A stretch of 64,000 bases of DNA from Escherichia coli (GTDB lineage Bacteria; Pseudomonadota; Gammaproteobacteria; Enterobacterales; Enterobacteriaceae). Every line of letters starts with the position of its first letter. Position 1 is the stretch's first letter. The position numbers and the translations under genes were made by a program. The stretch lies in NCBI RefSeq assembly GCF_003334255.1, contig NZ_QOWU01000004.1. One strand, written 5' to 3'. The notes under the pieces were generated by a model. That model ran no database searches. It was not told the origin of the DNA and worked only from the letters and a program-made list of their open reading frames with translations. This document shows, piece by piece, positions 33,468 through 44,868 of the stretch.

Positions 33468-33694
33468 TGTTTGTACTCCCAAAGGTTCGCAACAATTTGT
33501 AAGCGTGTATTCTTAAAAAAGCTCACGTTCGTCACCAGCTAAATCTGGTATGAATTTCAGCCTAAATTGTTACAAAGCATATTAAACAGCAGCTTAAGTA
33601 TACAATTTATTCGGCGAAACATTATTGATTCTGTTGATATGATCACGTTATACCCAATGTGCGCATTATCAAACAGACAAAGGGAATCAACGAG

Positions 33695-34171
33695 ATGAAA
33701 ACGCCCCTGGTTACCCGGGAAGGGTATGAAAAACTCAAACAAGAGCTTAATTATCTCTGGCGTGAAGAACGCCCGGAGGTCACAAAAAAGGTGACCTGGG
33801 CCGCAAGTCTGGGCGACCGCAGCGAAAATGCTGACTATCAGTATAATAAAAAGCGTCTGCGTGAAATCGACCGTCGCGTGCGCTATCTCACTAAATGCCT
33901 GGAAAATCTCAAAATCGTCGATTACTCCCCTCAGCAGGAAGGCAAAGTCTTTTTTGGCGCGTGGGTGGAGATTGAAAACGACGATGGCGTGACTCACCGT
34001 TTCCGTATTGTCGGCTACGATGAAATTTTTGGCCGTAAAGATTACATCTCTATCGATTCCCCGATGGCCCGCGCATTGCTGAAAAAAGAAGTCGGCGATC
34101 TGGCGGTGGTGAATACCCCTGCCGGGGAAGCGAGCTGGTATGTTAATGCTATCGAGTACGTGAAACCGTAA
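33695..34171 (+). CDS. greB: Transcription elongation factor GreB
   Basis: ORF track starts 33659; ATG at 33695 (MKTPLVTREGYEKLKQEL...) gives 158 aa. Confidence 0.95.
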   Translation: MKTPLVTREGYEKLKQELNYLWREERPEVTKKVTWAASLGDRSENADYQYNKKRLREIDRRVRYLTKCLENLKIVDYSPQQEGKVFFGAWVEIENDDGVTHRFRIVGYDEIFGRKDYISIDSPMARALLKKEVGDLAVVNTPAGEASWYVNAIEYVKP

Positions 34172-34267
34172 GGAAGAGTCTTAACCTCCTGCCGATGGCT
34201 GGCATTTTTGCCAGCCAGTCCGTATAACTATCCCCTGATTTTTGATCCGAAAAGATGAACTCAAACC

Positions 34268-36589
34268 ATGATGAATGATTCGTTCTGCCGCATTATTGCG
34301 GGTGAAATTCAGGCGCGCCCGGAACAGGTTGACGCTGCCGTTCGCCTGCTTGACGAAGGGAATACCGTGCCGTTTATCGCACGTTATCGTAAGGAAATCA
34401 CCGGCGGTCTGGATGACACGCAGCTGCGTAATCTGGAAACGCGTCTGAGCTATCTGCGCGAGCTGGAAGAGAGACGTCAGGCGATCCTCAAGTCCATTTC
34501 CGAGCAAGGCAAACTCACCGATGATCTGGCGAAGGCCATCAACGCCACCCTAAGCAAAACCGAACTCGAAGACCTCTACCTGCCCTACAAACCTAAACGC
34601 CGCACCCGCGGGCAAATCGCCATTGAAGCAGGGCTTGAGCCGTTGGCTGACCTGCTGTGGAGCGATCCGTCACACACGCCAGAAGTCGCCGCTGCACAAT
34701 ATGTTGATGCCGATAAAGGCGTGGCAGATACCAAAGCCGCGCTGGATGGCGCGCGCTATATCCTGATGGAACGGTTTGCCGAAGATGCCGCGCTGCTGGC
34801 GAAAGTGCGTGATTATCTGTGGAAGAACGCGCATTTGGTTTCTACGGTGGTGAGCGGTAAAGAAGAGGAAGGGGCGAAATTCCGCGACTATTTCGATCAT
34901 CACGAACCGTTGTCCACGGTGCCTTCTCACCGCGCGCTGGCGATGTTCCGTGGGCGTAACGAAGGCGTACTTCAGCTTTCGCTGAATGCCGATCCACAGT
35001 TCGATGAGCCGCCCAAAGAGAGCTATTGCGAGCAAATCATCATGGATCACCTTGGCCTGCGCCTGAACAATGCCCCGGCGGATAGCTGGCGCAAAGGCGT
35101 GGTGAGCTGGACGTGGCGCATCAAGGTGCTGATGCATCTGGAAACCGAACTGATGGGCACCGTGCGCGAACGTGCGGAAGATGAAGCAATCAACGTCTTT
35201 GCCCGTAACCTGCACGATCTGCTGATGGCGGCCCCTGCCGGACTGCGTGCAACGATGGGCCTCGATCCGGGTCTGCGTACTGGGGTAAAAGTGGCGGTGG
35301 TCGATGCCACTGGCAAACTGGTGGCGACCGACACCATTTACCCGCACACCGGACAGGCCGCAAAAGCAGCGATGACCGTTGCTGCGCTGTGTGAAAAACA
35401 TAACGTTGAACTGGTAGCGATCGGTAACGGTACAGCTTCCCGCGAAACTGAGCGTTTCTATCTCGATGTGCAGAAGCAGTTCCCGAAAGTGACCGCGCAG
35501 AAAGTAATCGTCAGCGAAGCAGGCGCGTCGGTTTACTCGGCTTCCGAGCTGGCTGCACAGGAGTTCCCGGATCTCGACGTTTCGCTGCGTGGCGCGGTGT
35601 CTATCGCCCGCCGTTTGCAGGATCCGCTGGCGGAGCTGGTGAAAATCGATCCGAAATCTATCGGCGTAGGTCAGTATCAGCATGACGTCAGCCAGACGCA
35701 ACTGGCCCGCAAACTGGACGCAGTAGTAGAAGACTGCGTAAACGCCGTTGGCGTCGATCTCAACACTGCTTCTGTTCCGCTGTTAACCCGCGTGGCGGGC
35801 CTGACGCGCATGATGGCGCAAAACATCGTTGCCTGGCGCGATGAGAACGGTCAGTTCCAGAACCGTCAGCAACTGTTAAAAGTGAGCCGTCTGGGGCCGA
35901 AAGCCTTCGAGCAGTGCGCGGGCTTCTTGCGCATTAACCACGGTGATAACCCGCTGGACGCGTCTACCGTTCACCCGGAAGCCTATCCGGTGGTGGAACG
36001 CATTCTGGCAGCAACACAGCAGGCACTGAAAGATCTGATGGGTAACAGCAGCGAACTGCGTAACCTGAAAGCGTCTGACTTTACTGATGAGAAATTCGGT
36101 GTGCCGACGGTAACCGACATCATCAAAGAGCTGGAAAAACCGGGTCGCGATCCGCGTCCGGAATTTAAAACCGCTCAGTTTGCCGATGGCGTCGAGACAA
36201 TGAACGACCTGCAACCGGGTATGATCCTCGAAGGCGCAGTGACCAACGTCACCAACTTTGGCGCGTTTGTCGATATTGGCGTGCATCAGGACGGCCTGGT
36301 TCACATCTCTTCATTGTCGAACAAGTTTGTGGAAGATCCGCATACCGTGGTGAAAGCGGGCGACATTGTGAAGGTGAAAGTGCTGGAAGTGGATCTTCAG
36401 CGTAAACGTATCGCCCTGACTATGCGCCTGGATGAGCAGCCTGGCGAAACCAACGCTCGTCGCGGCGGCGGTAATGAACGCCCGCAAAACAACCGCTCGG
36501 CAGCCAAACCACGCGGTCGTGAAGCGCAGCCTGCCGGTAATAGCGCGATGATGGATGCGCTGGCGGCGGCAATGGGCAAAAAACGTTAA
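34268..36589 (+). CDS. tex: Tex-like transcription accessory protein (S1-domain RNA-binding)
   Basis: 773-aa ORF (yhgF); a C-terminal S1 domain followed by a basic tail is visible. Confidence 0.93.
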   Translation: MMNDSFCRIIAGEIQARPEQVDAAVRLLDEGNTVPFIARYRKEITGGLDDTQLRNLETRLSYLRELEERRQAILKSISEQGKLTDDLAKAINATLSKTELEDLYLPYKPKRRTRGQIAIEAGLEPLADLLWSDPSHTPEVAAAQYVDADKGVADTKAALDGARYILMERFAEDAALLAKVRDYLWKNAHLVSTVVSGKEEEGAKFRDYFDHHEPLSTVPSHRALAMFRGRNEGVLQLSLNADPQFDEPPKESYCEQIIMDHLGLRLNNAPADSWRKGVVSWTWRIKVLMHLETELMGTVRERAEDEAINVFARNLHDLLMAAPAGLRATMGLDPGLRTGVKVAVVDATGKLVATDTIYPHTGQAAKAAMTVAALCEKHNVELVAIGNGTASRETERFYLDVQKQFPKVTAQKVIVSEAGASVYSASELAAQEFPDLDVSLRGAVSIARRLQDPLAELVKIDPKSIGVGQYQHDVSQTQLARKLDAVVEDCVNAVGVDLNTASVPLLTRVAGLTRMMAQNIVAWRDENGQFQNRQQLLKVSRLGPKAFEQCAGFLRINHGDNPLDASTVHPEAYPVVERILAATQQALKDLMGNSSELRNLKASDFTDEKFGVPTVTDIIKELEKPGRDPRPEFKTAQFADGVETMNDLQPGMILEGAVTNVTNFGAFVDIGVHQDGLVHISSLSNKFVEDPHTVVKAGDIVKVKVLEVDLQRKRIALTMRLDEQPGETNARRGGGNERPQNNRSAAKPRGREAQPAGNSAMMDALAAAMGKKR

Positions 36590-36600
36590 ACGCCCGTACT

Positions 36601-36664
36601 GGCCTACGGTTCGAATTTGCACGAAATCGTAGGGCAGATAAGGCGTTCACGCCGCATCTGGCAA
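36601..36664. repeat. REP/BIME-like palindromic element
   Basis: ggcctac...gtagggcagataaggcgttcacgccgcatctggc downstream of tex. Confidence 0.55.
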
Positions 36665-36687
36665 CGAACGCCTTGCCTGACATAAAA

Positions 36688-36718
36688 GTGCCGGAGAATA
36701 TCTCCGGCATTTTTATTC
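36688..36718 (+). terminator. Rho-independent terminator downstream of tex
   Basis: gccggaga-atat-ctccggc stem-loop followed by atttttatt. Confidence 0.7.
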
Positions 36719-36842
36719 CACAGCCAAACTCATAATATATTCCGGCAATATTTATCATTTCATTAACAACTGAAACCTTAATTAAACATTAGCCAGTCCG
36801 GGTAATTCACTATTCGAATTATATTTTCGCTGCGATATAACC

Positions 36843-36856
36843 TTGAGCCACATCAA
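36843..36856 (+). promoter_or_regulatory. FNR-type binding site upstream of feoA
   Basis: TTGAG-CCAC-ATCAA matches the FNR consensus TTGAT-N4-ATCAA with one mismatch; feoABC is known to be FNR-activated. Confidence 0.55.
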
Positions 36857-36910
36857 CATTGAGTCAGATTATTATTCAAACCAACATTCGCACACATTTT
36901 AAGTATTGCT

Positions 36911-36937
36911 GATAGAAACCATTCTCATTATCATTGT
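36911..36937 (+). promoter_or_regulatory. Fur-box-like element upstream of feoA
   Basis: gatagaaaccattctcattatcattg contains a TCATTATCATT core resembling the Fur consensus GATAATGATAATCATTATC. Confidence 0.5.
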
Positions 36938-37045
36938 GTTGTTGATTATTTAATCTCTCCTTTGTTGGCAAATCATCTGGTCTCATGTCGCTGTCAAACG
37001 CCCCATGAGGTAGTTATCCAGTTAATGAGAAACAAGTAGGCACCT

Positions 37046-37273
37046 ATGCAATACACTCCAGATACTGCGTGGAAAATCACTGGCTTTTCCCGTGAAATCA
37101 GCCCGGCATATCGCCAAAAACTGCTTTCTCTTGGCATGTTACCTGGCTCCTCTTTTAATGTGGTGCGCGTCGCTCCACTCGGCGACCCCATTCATATCGA
37201 AACCCGTCGTGTGAGCCTGGTATTACGCAAAAAAGATCTGGCCTTATTAGAAGTGGAAGCGGTTTCCTGTTAA
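37046..37273 (+). CDS. feoA: Ferrous iron transport protein A
   Basis: 75-aa ORF ([37 protein letters not shown]...). Confidence 0.95.
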   Translation: MQYTPDTAWKITGFSREISPAYRQKLLSLGMLPGSSFNVVRVAPLGDPIHIETRRVSLVLRKKDLALLEVEAVSC

Positions 37274-37289
37274 TACGGTGATAACAACA

Positions 37290-39611
37290 ATGAAAAAATT
37301 AACCATTGGCTTAATTGGTAATCCAAATTCTGGCAAGACAACGTTATTTAACCAGCTCACTGGCTCACGTCAGCGTGTAGGTAACTGGGCTGGCGTTACC
37401 GTCGAACGTAAAGAAGGGCAATTCTCCACCACCGATCATCAGGTCACGCTGGTGGACCTGCCCGGCACCTATTCTCTGACCACCATCTCATCGCAGACCT
37501 CGCTCGATGAGCAAATCGCCTGTCACTACATTTTGAGTGGCGACGCCGACCTGCTGATTAACGTGGTGGATGCGTCTAACCTTGAGCGTAACCTGTACCT
37601 GACGCTACAACTGCTGGAACTCGGCATTCCCTGCATTGTGGCACTGAACATGCTCGACATTGCCGAGAAGCAAAATATTCGTATTGAAATTGATGCTCTG
37701 TCGGCGCGTCTGGGCTGTCCGGTGATCCCGCTGGTTTCAACCCGTGGTCGCGGTATTGAAGCGCTCAAGCTGGCGATTGATCGCTATAAAGCTAACGAGA
37801 ATGTGGAACTGGTGCATTACGCACAGCCGCTGCTCAACGAAGCAGATTCACTGGCAAAAGTGATGCCTTCCGACATCCCGCTGAAACAACGTCGCTGGCT
37901 GGGCCTGCAAATGCTGGAAGGCGATATCTACAGCCGCGCCTACGCCGGTGAAGCGTCGCAGCATCTGGATGCCGCCCTCGCCCGTCTGCGTAATGAGATG
38001 GACGATCCGGCGCTGCACATTGCCGATGCGCGTTACCAGTGCATTGCTGCCATCTGTGATGTGGTAAGCAACACCCTGACGGCAGAACCCAGCCGTTTCA
38101 CCACTGCGGTAGATAAAATCGTGCTCAACCGTTTCCTCGGTCTGCCGATTTTCCTCTTTGTGATGTACCTGATGTTCCTGCTGGCTATCAACATCGGCGG
38201 GGCGTTACAGCCGCTGTTTGACGTCGGCTCCGTGGCGCTATTTGTGCATGGTATTCAATGGATTGGCTACACGCTCCACTTCCCGGACTGGCTGACTATC
38301 TTCCTCGCCCAGGGCCTGGGTGGCGGCATTAACACCGTGCTGCCACTGGTGCCGCAGATTGGCATGATGTACCTGTTCCTCTCCTTCCTTGAGGACTCCG
38401 GGTATATGGCGCGTGCGGCGTTTGTGATGGACCGTCTGATGCAGGCGCTGGGCTTGCCGGGGAAATCCTTTGTGCCGCTGATCGTCGGTTTCGGTTGTAA
38501 CGTACCGTCGGTAATGGGTGCACGTACGCTTGATGCACCGCGTGAACGTCTGATGACCATCATGATGGCACCGTTTATGTCCTGCGGCGCGCGTCTGGCT
38601 ATCTTCGCAGTATTCGCGGCTGCCTTCTTCGGGCAGAACGGTGCGCTGGCGGTCTTCTCGCTGTATATGCTGGGTATTGTGATGGCGGTGCTGACTGGCC
38701 TGATGCTCAAGTACACCATCATGCGCGGTGAAGCGACGCCGTTTGTCATGGAGTTGCCGGTCTATCATGTACCACACGTTAAAAGCCTGATTATCCAGAC
38801 CTGGCAGCGTCTGAAAGGCTTCGTTCTGCGTGCTGGTAAAGTGATCATCATCGTCAGCATTTTCCTGAGCGCTTTCAACAGCTTCTCGCTGAGCGGGAAA
38901 ATCGTCGATAACATCAACGACTCGGCGCTGGCGTCCGTCAGCCGGGTGATCACCCCGGTCTTCAAGCCAATTGGCGTGCATGAAGATAACTGGCAGGCAA
39001 CGGTTGGCCTGTTTACAGGTGCCATGGCGAAAGAAGTGGTAGTGGGTACGCTCAACACCCTCTACACCGCAGAAAATATTCAGGACGAAGAGTTCAATCC
39101 GGCAGAATTTAACCTCGGTGAAGAGCTGTTCAGTGCGATAGATGAAACCTGGCAGAGCCTGAAAGACACCTTCAGCCTTAGCGTACTGATGAACCCCATT
39201 GAAGCCAGCAAAGGCGACGGCGAAATGGGTACCGGGGCGATGGGCGTGATGGATCAGAAATTCGGTAGCGCAGCAGCAGCTTACAGCTACCTGATTTTCG
39301 TCCTGCTGTATGTACCATGTATCTCGGTGATGGGGGCTATCGCCCGTGAATCAAGCCGTGGCTGGATGGGCTTCTCCATCCTGTGGGGGCTGAATATCGC
39401 TTACTCACTGGCAACATTGTTCTATCAGGTCGCCAGCTACAGTCAGCATCCAACTTACAGCCTGGTGTGCATTCTGGCGGTTATCCTGTTTAACATCGTG
39501 GTTATCGGTCTGCTGCGCCGCGCGCGTAGCCGGGTGGATATCGAACTGCTGGCAACCCGCAAGTCGGTAAGCAGTTGCTGCGCAGCCAGCACCACCGGTG
39601 ATTGCCATTAA
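37290..39611 (+). CDS. feoB: Ferrous iron transporter B (N-terminal GTPase plus membrane permease)
   Basis: ORF track starts at GTG 37278; ATG at 37290 gives 773 aa; G1 P-loop (GNPNSGKTT) at the N-terminus and a polytopic membrane domain. Confidence 0.95.
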   Translation: MKKLTIGLIGNPNSGKTTLFNQLTGSRQRVGNWAGVTVERKEGQFSTTDHQVTLVDLPGTYSLTTISSQTSLDEQIACHYILSGDADLLINVVDASNLERNLYLTLQLLELGIPCIVALNMLDIAEKQNIRIEIDALSARLGCPVIPLVSTRGRGIEALKLAIDRYKANENVELVHYAQPLLNEADSLAKVMPSDIPLKQRRWLGLQMLEGDIYSRAYAGEASQHLDAALARLRNEMDDPALHIADARYQCIAAICDVVSNTLTAEPSRFTTAVDKIVLNRFLGLPIFLFVMYLMFLLAINIGGALQPLFDVGSVALFVHGIQWIGYTLHFPDWLTIFLAQGLGGGINTVLPLVPQIGMMYLFLSFLEDSGYMARAAFVMDRLMQALGLPGKSFVPLIVGFGCNVPSVMGARTLDAPRERLMTIMMAPFMSCGARLAIFAVFAAAFFGQNGALAVFSLYMLGIVMAVLTGLMLKYTIMRGEATPFVMELPVYHVPHVKSLIIQTWQRLKGFVLRAGKVIIIVSIFLSAFNSFSLSGKIVDNINDSALASVSRVITPVFKPIGVHEDNWQATVGLFTGAMAKEVVVGTLNTLYTAENIQDEEFNPAEFNLGEELFSAIDETWQSLKDTFSLSVLMNPIEASKGDGEMGTGAMGVMDQKFGSAAAAYSYLIFVLLYVPCISVMGAIARESSRGWMGFSILWGLNIAYSLATLFYQVASYSQHPTYSLVCILAVILFNIVVIGLLRRARSRVDIELLATRKSVSSCCAASTTGDCH

Positions 39612-39847
39612 TGGCTTCACTTATTCAGGTGCGCGATTTGCTGGCGTTACGGGGCCGTATGGAAGCGGCCCAGATAAGCCAGACATTGAACACTCCACAG
39701 CCAATGATTAACGCCATGCTGCAACAACTGGAAAGTATGGGCAAAGCCGTGCGGATTCAGGAAGAACCTGACGGCTGCCTCTCTGGCAGTTGTAAAAGCT
39801 GCCCGGAAGGAAAAGCCTGTCTGCGCGAGTGGTGGGCGCTGCGTTAA
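39611..39847 (+). CDS. feoC: Ferrous iron transport protein C (winged-helix, Cys-rich)
   Basis: ATG at 39611 overlaps the feoB TAA by 1 nt (TAATG); 78 aa; four-cysteine motif [15 protein letters not shown] visible. Confidence 0.9.
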   Translation: MASLIQVRDLLALRGRMEAAQISQTLNTPQPMINAMLQQLESMGKAVRIQEEPDGCLSGSCKSCPEGKACLREWWALR

Positions 39848-39870
39848 CCTTACTCCATCGCCTGTTTTGG

Positions 39871-39905
39871 AAAGCCCGGTATGCGTCTGCATCCGGGCTT
39901 TTTTG
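39871..39905 (+). terminator. Rho-independent terminator of feoABC
   Basis: aaagcccggtatgc-gtct-gcatccgggcttt followed by tttt. Confidence 0.85.
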
Positions 39906-40049
39906 CGTGCGGCTTTCCATAAAAATGCAACTCTTGCAGCACGGCGTAAGTTCCTTTGAAAGCATCTCGCAGGGATGAAAACTCGCTAATACACAGGTGT
40001 GGAGTGGCGCGTAGAGTCGCGGCATTCAAACAACAGGTGAAGGAACGCC

Positions 40050-40928
40050 ATGAGCAAAAAGCAGAGTTCCACCCCACACGATGCGCTGTTCAAACTCTTT
40101 TTACGCCAACCGGACACGGCTCGTGATTTTCTTGCGTTTCATTTACCGGCACCCATTCACGCGCTTTGTGATATGAAAACCCTCAAGCTGGAGTCGAGCA
40201 GCTTTATTGATGACGATCTGCGTGAAAGCTATTCCGATGTGCTGTGGTCGGTGAAAACGGAACAAGGACCAGGATACATCTATTGTCTGATTGAACATCA
40301 AAGCACCTCAAACAAACTGATCGCATTTCGCATGATGCGTTACGCTATTGCCGCAATGCAAAATCACCTTGATGCTGGATACAAAACGTTGCCGATGGTG
40401 GTGCCATTGTTGTTTTACCACGGTATTGAAAGCCCCTATCCCTATTCGCTGTGTTGGCTGGATTGTTTCGCCGATCCCAAACTGGCAAGGCAGCTTTATG
40501 CCTCCGCATTTCCGCTGATTGATGTCACCGTCATGCCTGATGATGAAATCATGCAGCACCGACGTATGGCGCTGCTGGAGTTAATTCAAAAACATATTCG
40601 TCAACGCGACCTGATGGGGCTGGTAGAGCAAATGGCCTGCTTATTAAGTAGTGGATACGCTAATGACAGACAAATCAAAGGGCTGTTTAATTACATACTG
40701 CAAACTGGCGACGCTGTACGTTTTAACGATTTTATCGACGGCGTTGCCGAACGTTCACCGAAACACAAGGAGAGTTTAATGACTATTGCGGAAAGATTGC
40801 GGCAGGAGGGGGAACAATCCAAAGCCCTGCATATAGCCAAAATAATGCTTGAATCCGGAGTTCCTCTTGCAGACATCATGCGCTTTACCGGGCTGTCAGA
40901 AGAAGAGTTGGCTGCGGCGAGTCAGTAA
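40050..40928 (+). CDS. rpnA: Recombination-promoting nuclease RpnA (YhgA-like, transposase_31 / PD-(D/E)XK family)
   Basis: 292-aa ORF ([28 protein letters not shown]...); the N-terminal region typical of the Rpn/YhgA family is recognisable. Confidence 0.88.
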   Translation: MSKKQSSTPHDALFKLFLRQPDTARDFLAFHLPAPIHALCDMKTLKLESSSFIDDDLRESYSDVLWSVKTEQGPGYIYCLIEHQSTSNKLIAFRMMRYAIAAMQNHLDAGYKTLPMVVPLLFYHGIESPYPYSLCWLDCFADPKLARQLYASAFPLIDVTVMPDDEIMQHRRMALLELIQKHIRQRDLMGLVEQMACLLSSGYANDRQIKGLFNYILQTGDAVRFNDFIDGVAERSPKHKESLMTIAERLRQEGEQSKALHIAKIMLESGVPLADIMRFTGLSEEELAAASQ

Positions 40929-40956
40929 AGTTCTGTCTCGCCATTTCAAAAGCCAC

Positions 40957-42448
<1,492 letters not shown>

Positions 42449-42506
42449 AGCCTCGATGATGGGCGTATTATAACCAACTAAAATAGTCAACTATTAGGCC
42501 ATTACT

Positions 42507-43082
42507 ATGATCCGTATTTCCGATGCTGCACAAGCGCACTTTGCCAAACTGCTGGCAAATCAGGAAGAAGGGACACAAATCCGCGTATTTGTGATTAACC
42601 CTGGCACGCCTAACGCTGAATGTGGCGTTTCTTATTGTCCGCCGGACGCTGTGGAAGCCACCGACACAGCCCTGAAATTTGACCTGCTGACCGCGTATGT
42701 TGATGAGTTAAGCGCACCATACCTGGAAGATGCAGAGATCGATTTTGTTACCGACCAGTTGGGTTCCCAGTTAACGCTGAAAGCCCCGAACGCCAAAATG
42801 CGTAAAGTGGCAGACGATGCACCGCTGATGGAGCGCGTGGAGTATATGCTGCAGTCGCAGATCAACCCACAGCTTGCTGGTCACGGTGGTCGCGTTTCGC
42901 TGATGGAAATCACCGAAGACGGTTACGCCATTCTGCAATTTGGCGGCGGCTGTAACGGTTGTTCCATGGTCGATGTGACGCTGAAAGAAGGGATCGAGAA
43001 GCAGCTGCTGAACGAATTCCCGGAGCTGAAAGGTGTGCGCGATCTCACCGAACACCAGCGCGGCGAACACTCCTACTACTAA
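42507..43082 (+). CDS. nfuA: Fe/S biogenesis protein NfuA
   Basis: 191-aa ORF; C-terminal CxxC (GGGCNGCSM) Nfu motif visible. Confidence 0.95.
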
Positions 43083-43138
<56 letters not shown>

Positions 43139-43265
43139 ACGTTGAACATGTGCCAGACGTTGGCGCAGCATTGCTTTGTCAAATCCTCGGTTCGTTTCCC
43201 CGCGATAATATGACCAACCTCTCATAATTTAAATTTACCCCGCTCTGGTGATTCTCAAACGCCAG

Positions 43266-43281
43266 ATGTTACCCGTATCAT
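43266..43281 (+). promoter_or_regulatory. GntR operator (upstream of gntT)
   Basis: ATGTTA-CCCG-TATCAT resembles the GntR operator consensus ATGTTA-N4-TAACAT. Confidence 0.6.
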
Positions 43282-43406
43282 TCACATGGGTACCAAACAT
43301 ACTCCTGACATCTGACTACAATAATTAGTTTTAGTGGGTATCAGTCGTGGTGCCGCAATATCTCTGTTCCCGATTGGGATAATTAGAGTTTGTCGTCAGA
43401 AAATTG

Positions 43407-43422
43407 ACGTTACCCATAACAA
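43407..43422 (+). promoter_or_regulatory. Second GntR operator-like site upstream of gntT
   Basis: acGTTA-CCCA-TAACAa, 20 nt upstream of the gntT ATG. Confidence 0.5.
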
Positions 43423-43441
43423 ATGAAAGGCCAGGTAAATC

Positions 43442-44758
43442 ATGCCATTAGTCATTGTTGCTATCGGTGTAATCTTGTTGTTGCTCCTGATGATCCGCTT
43501 CAAAATGAACGGCTTCATCGCTCTCGTCCTCGTGGCGCTTGCTGTTGGATTAATGCAAGGAATGCCGCTGGATAAAGTTATTGGCTCCATCAAAGCCGGT
43601 GTCGGCGGGACGCTCGGTAGCCTTGCCCTGATCATGGGTTTTGGCGCAATGCTGGGCAAAATGCTGGCAGACTGCGGTGGCGCACAACGTATCGCCACCA
43701 CGCTGATTGCCAAATTTGGTAAAAAACACATCCAGTGGGCGGTGGTACTGACCGGTTTTACCGTTGGTTTTGCCCTGTTCTATGAAGTGGGCTTTGTGCT
43801 GATGCTGCCGCTGGTGTTTACCATCGCGGCTTCTGCGAATATTCCACTGCTGTATGTTGGTGTACCAATGGCGGCTGCACTGTCTGTGACCCACGGCTTC
43901 CTGCCACCGCATCCGGGTCCGACTGCGATTGCCACCATTTTCAATGCCGATATGGGTAAAACCCTGCTGTACGGTACTATTCTGGCAATCCCGACCGTGA
44001 TTCTCGCCGGTCCGGTTTACGCTCGCGTGTTGAAAGGTATCGATAAGCCAATTCCGGAAGGTCTCTACAGCGCGAAAACCTTCAGCGAAGAAGAGATGCC
44101 GAGCTTTGGCGTCAGCGTCTGGACCTCTCTGGTGCCGGTAGTACTGATGGCGATGCGTGCGATTGCCGAAATGATCCTGCCGAAAGGTCACGCTTTCCTG
44201 CCGGTAGCGGAGTTCCTCGGTGACCCGGTAATGGCAACGCTGATTGCCGTGCTGATTGCGATGTTCACCTTTGGTCTAAACCGTGGTCGTTCAATGGATC
44301 AGATTAACGACACGCTGGTTTCTTCCATCAAAATCATTGCGATGATGCTGTTGATCATCGGTGGTGGCGGTGCGTTCAAGCAGGTGCTGGTAGACAGCGG
44401 CGTGGACAAATACATTGCTTCCATGATGCACGAAACCAACATTTCTCCGCTGCTGATGGCCTGGTCGATTGCTGCCGTACTGCGTATCGCGCTGGGTTCC
44501 GCAACCGTTGCGGCAATCACTGCGGGTGGTATCGCGGCACCGCTGATTGCAACGACGGGTGTTAGCCCGGAGCTGATGGTTATTGCGGTTGGTTCCGGTA
44601 GTGTGATTTTCTCTCATGTGAACGATCCGGGCTTCTGGCTGTTCAAAGAGTACTTTAACCTGACTATCGGCGAGACCATCAAATCCTGGTCGATGCTGGA
44701 AACCATTATCTCGGTGTGCGGTCTGGTAGGCTGTCTGCTGCTGAATATGGTGATTTGA
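43442..44758 (+). CDS. gntT: High-affinity gluconate:H+ symporter
   Basis: 438-aa polytopic membrane ORF (MPLVIVAIGVILLLLLMIRFK...). Confidence 0.95.
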   Translation: MPLVIVAIGVILLLLLMIRFKMNGFIALVLVALAVGLMQGMPLDKVIGSIKAGVGGTLGSLALIMGFGAMLGKMLADCGGAQRIATTLIAKFGKKHIQWAVVLTGFTVGFALFYEVGFVLMLPLVFTIAASANIPLLYVGVPMAAALSVTHGFLPPHPGPTAIATIFNADMGKTLLYGTILAIPTVILAGPVYARVLKGIDKPIPEGLYSAKTFSEEEMPSFGVSVWTSLVPVVLMAMRAIAEMILPKGHAFLPVAEFLGDPVMATLIAVLIAMFTFGLNRGRSMDQINDTLVSSIKIIAMMLLIIGGGGAFKQVLVDSGVDKYIASMMHETNISPLLMAWSIAAVLRIALGSATVAAITAGGIAAPLIATTGVSPELMVIAVGSGSVIFSHVNDPGFWLFKEYFNLTIGETIKSWSMLETIISVCGLVGCLLLNMVI

Positions 44759-44769
44759 TAACACTGACT

Positions 44770-44856
44770 GCCGGATGCGGCGTGACCGCCTTATCCGGCC
44801 TACGATTCGGGATGAATTAGTAGGCCGGATAAGACGCGTCAAGCATCGCATCCGGC
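44770..44856. repeat. BIME (two REP elements)
   Basis: gccggatgcggcgtgaccgccttatccggcctac ... gtaggccggataagacgcgtcaagcatcgcatccggc between convergent gntT and malQ. Confidence 0.7.
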
Positions 44857-44868
44857 ATCAACCGCACT

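Noticed and set aside
34181-34215. Hairpin ggctggca-tttt-tgccagcc after greB as an intrinsic terminator
   Set aside because: Good stem but no downstream T-run, and it overlaps the tex upstream region; not called as a terminator.
34670-35701. 343-aa ORF antisense to tex
   Set aside because: Internal to the tex coding region on the opposite strand; no conserved motif.
38238-38981. 247-aa ORF antisense to feoB, plus smaller ones nearby
   Set aside because: Shadow frames inside the feoB membrane domain; highly charged, atypical composition.
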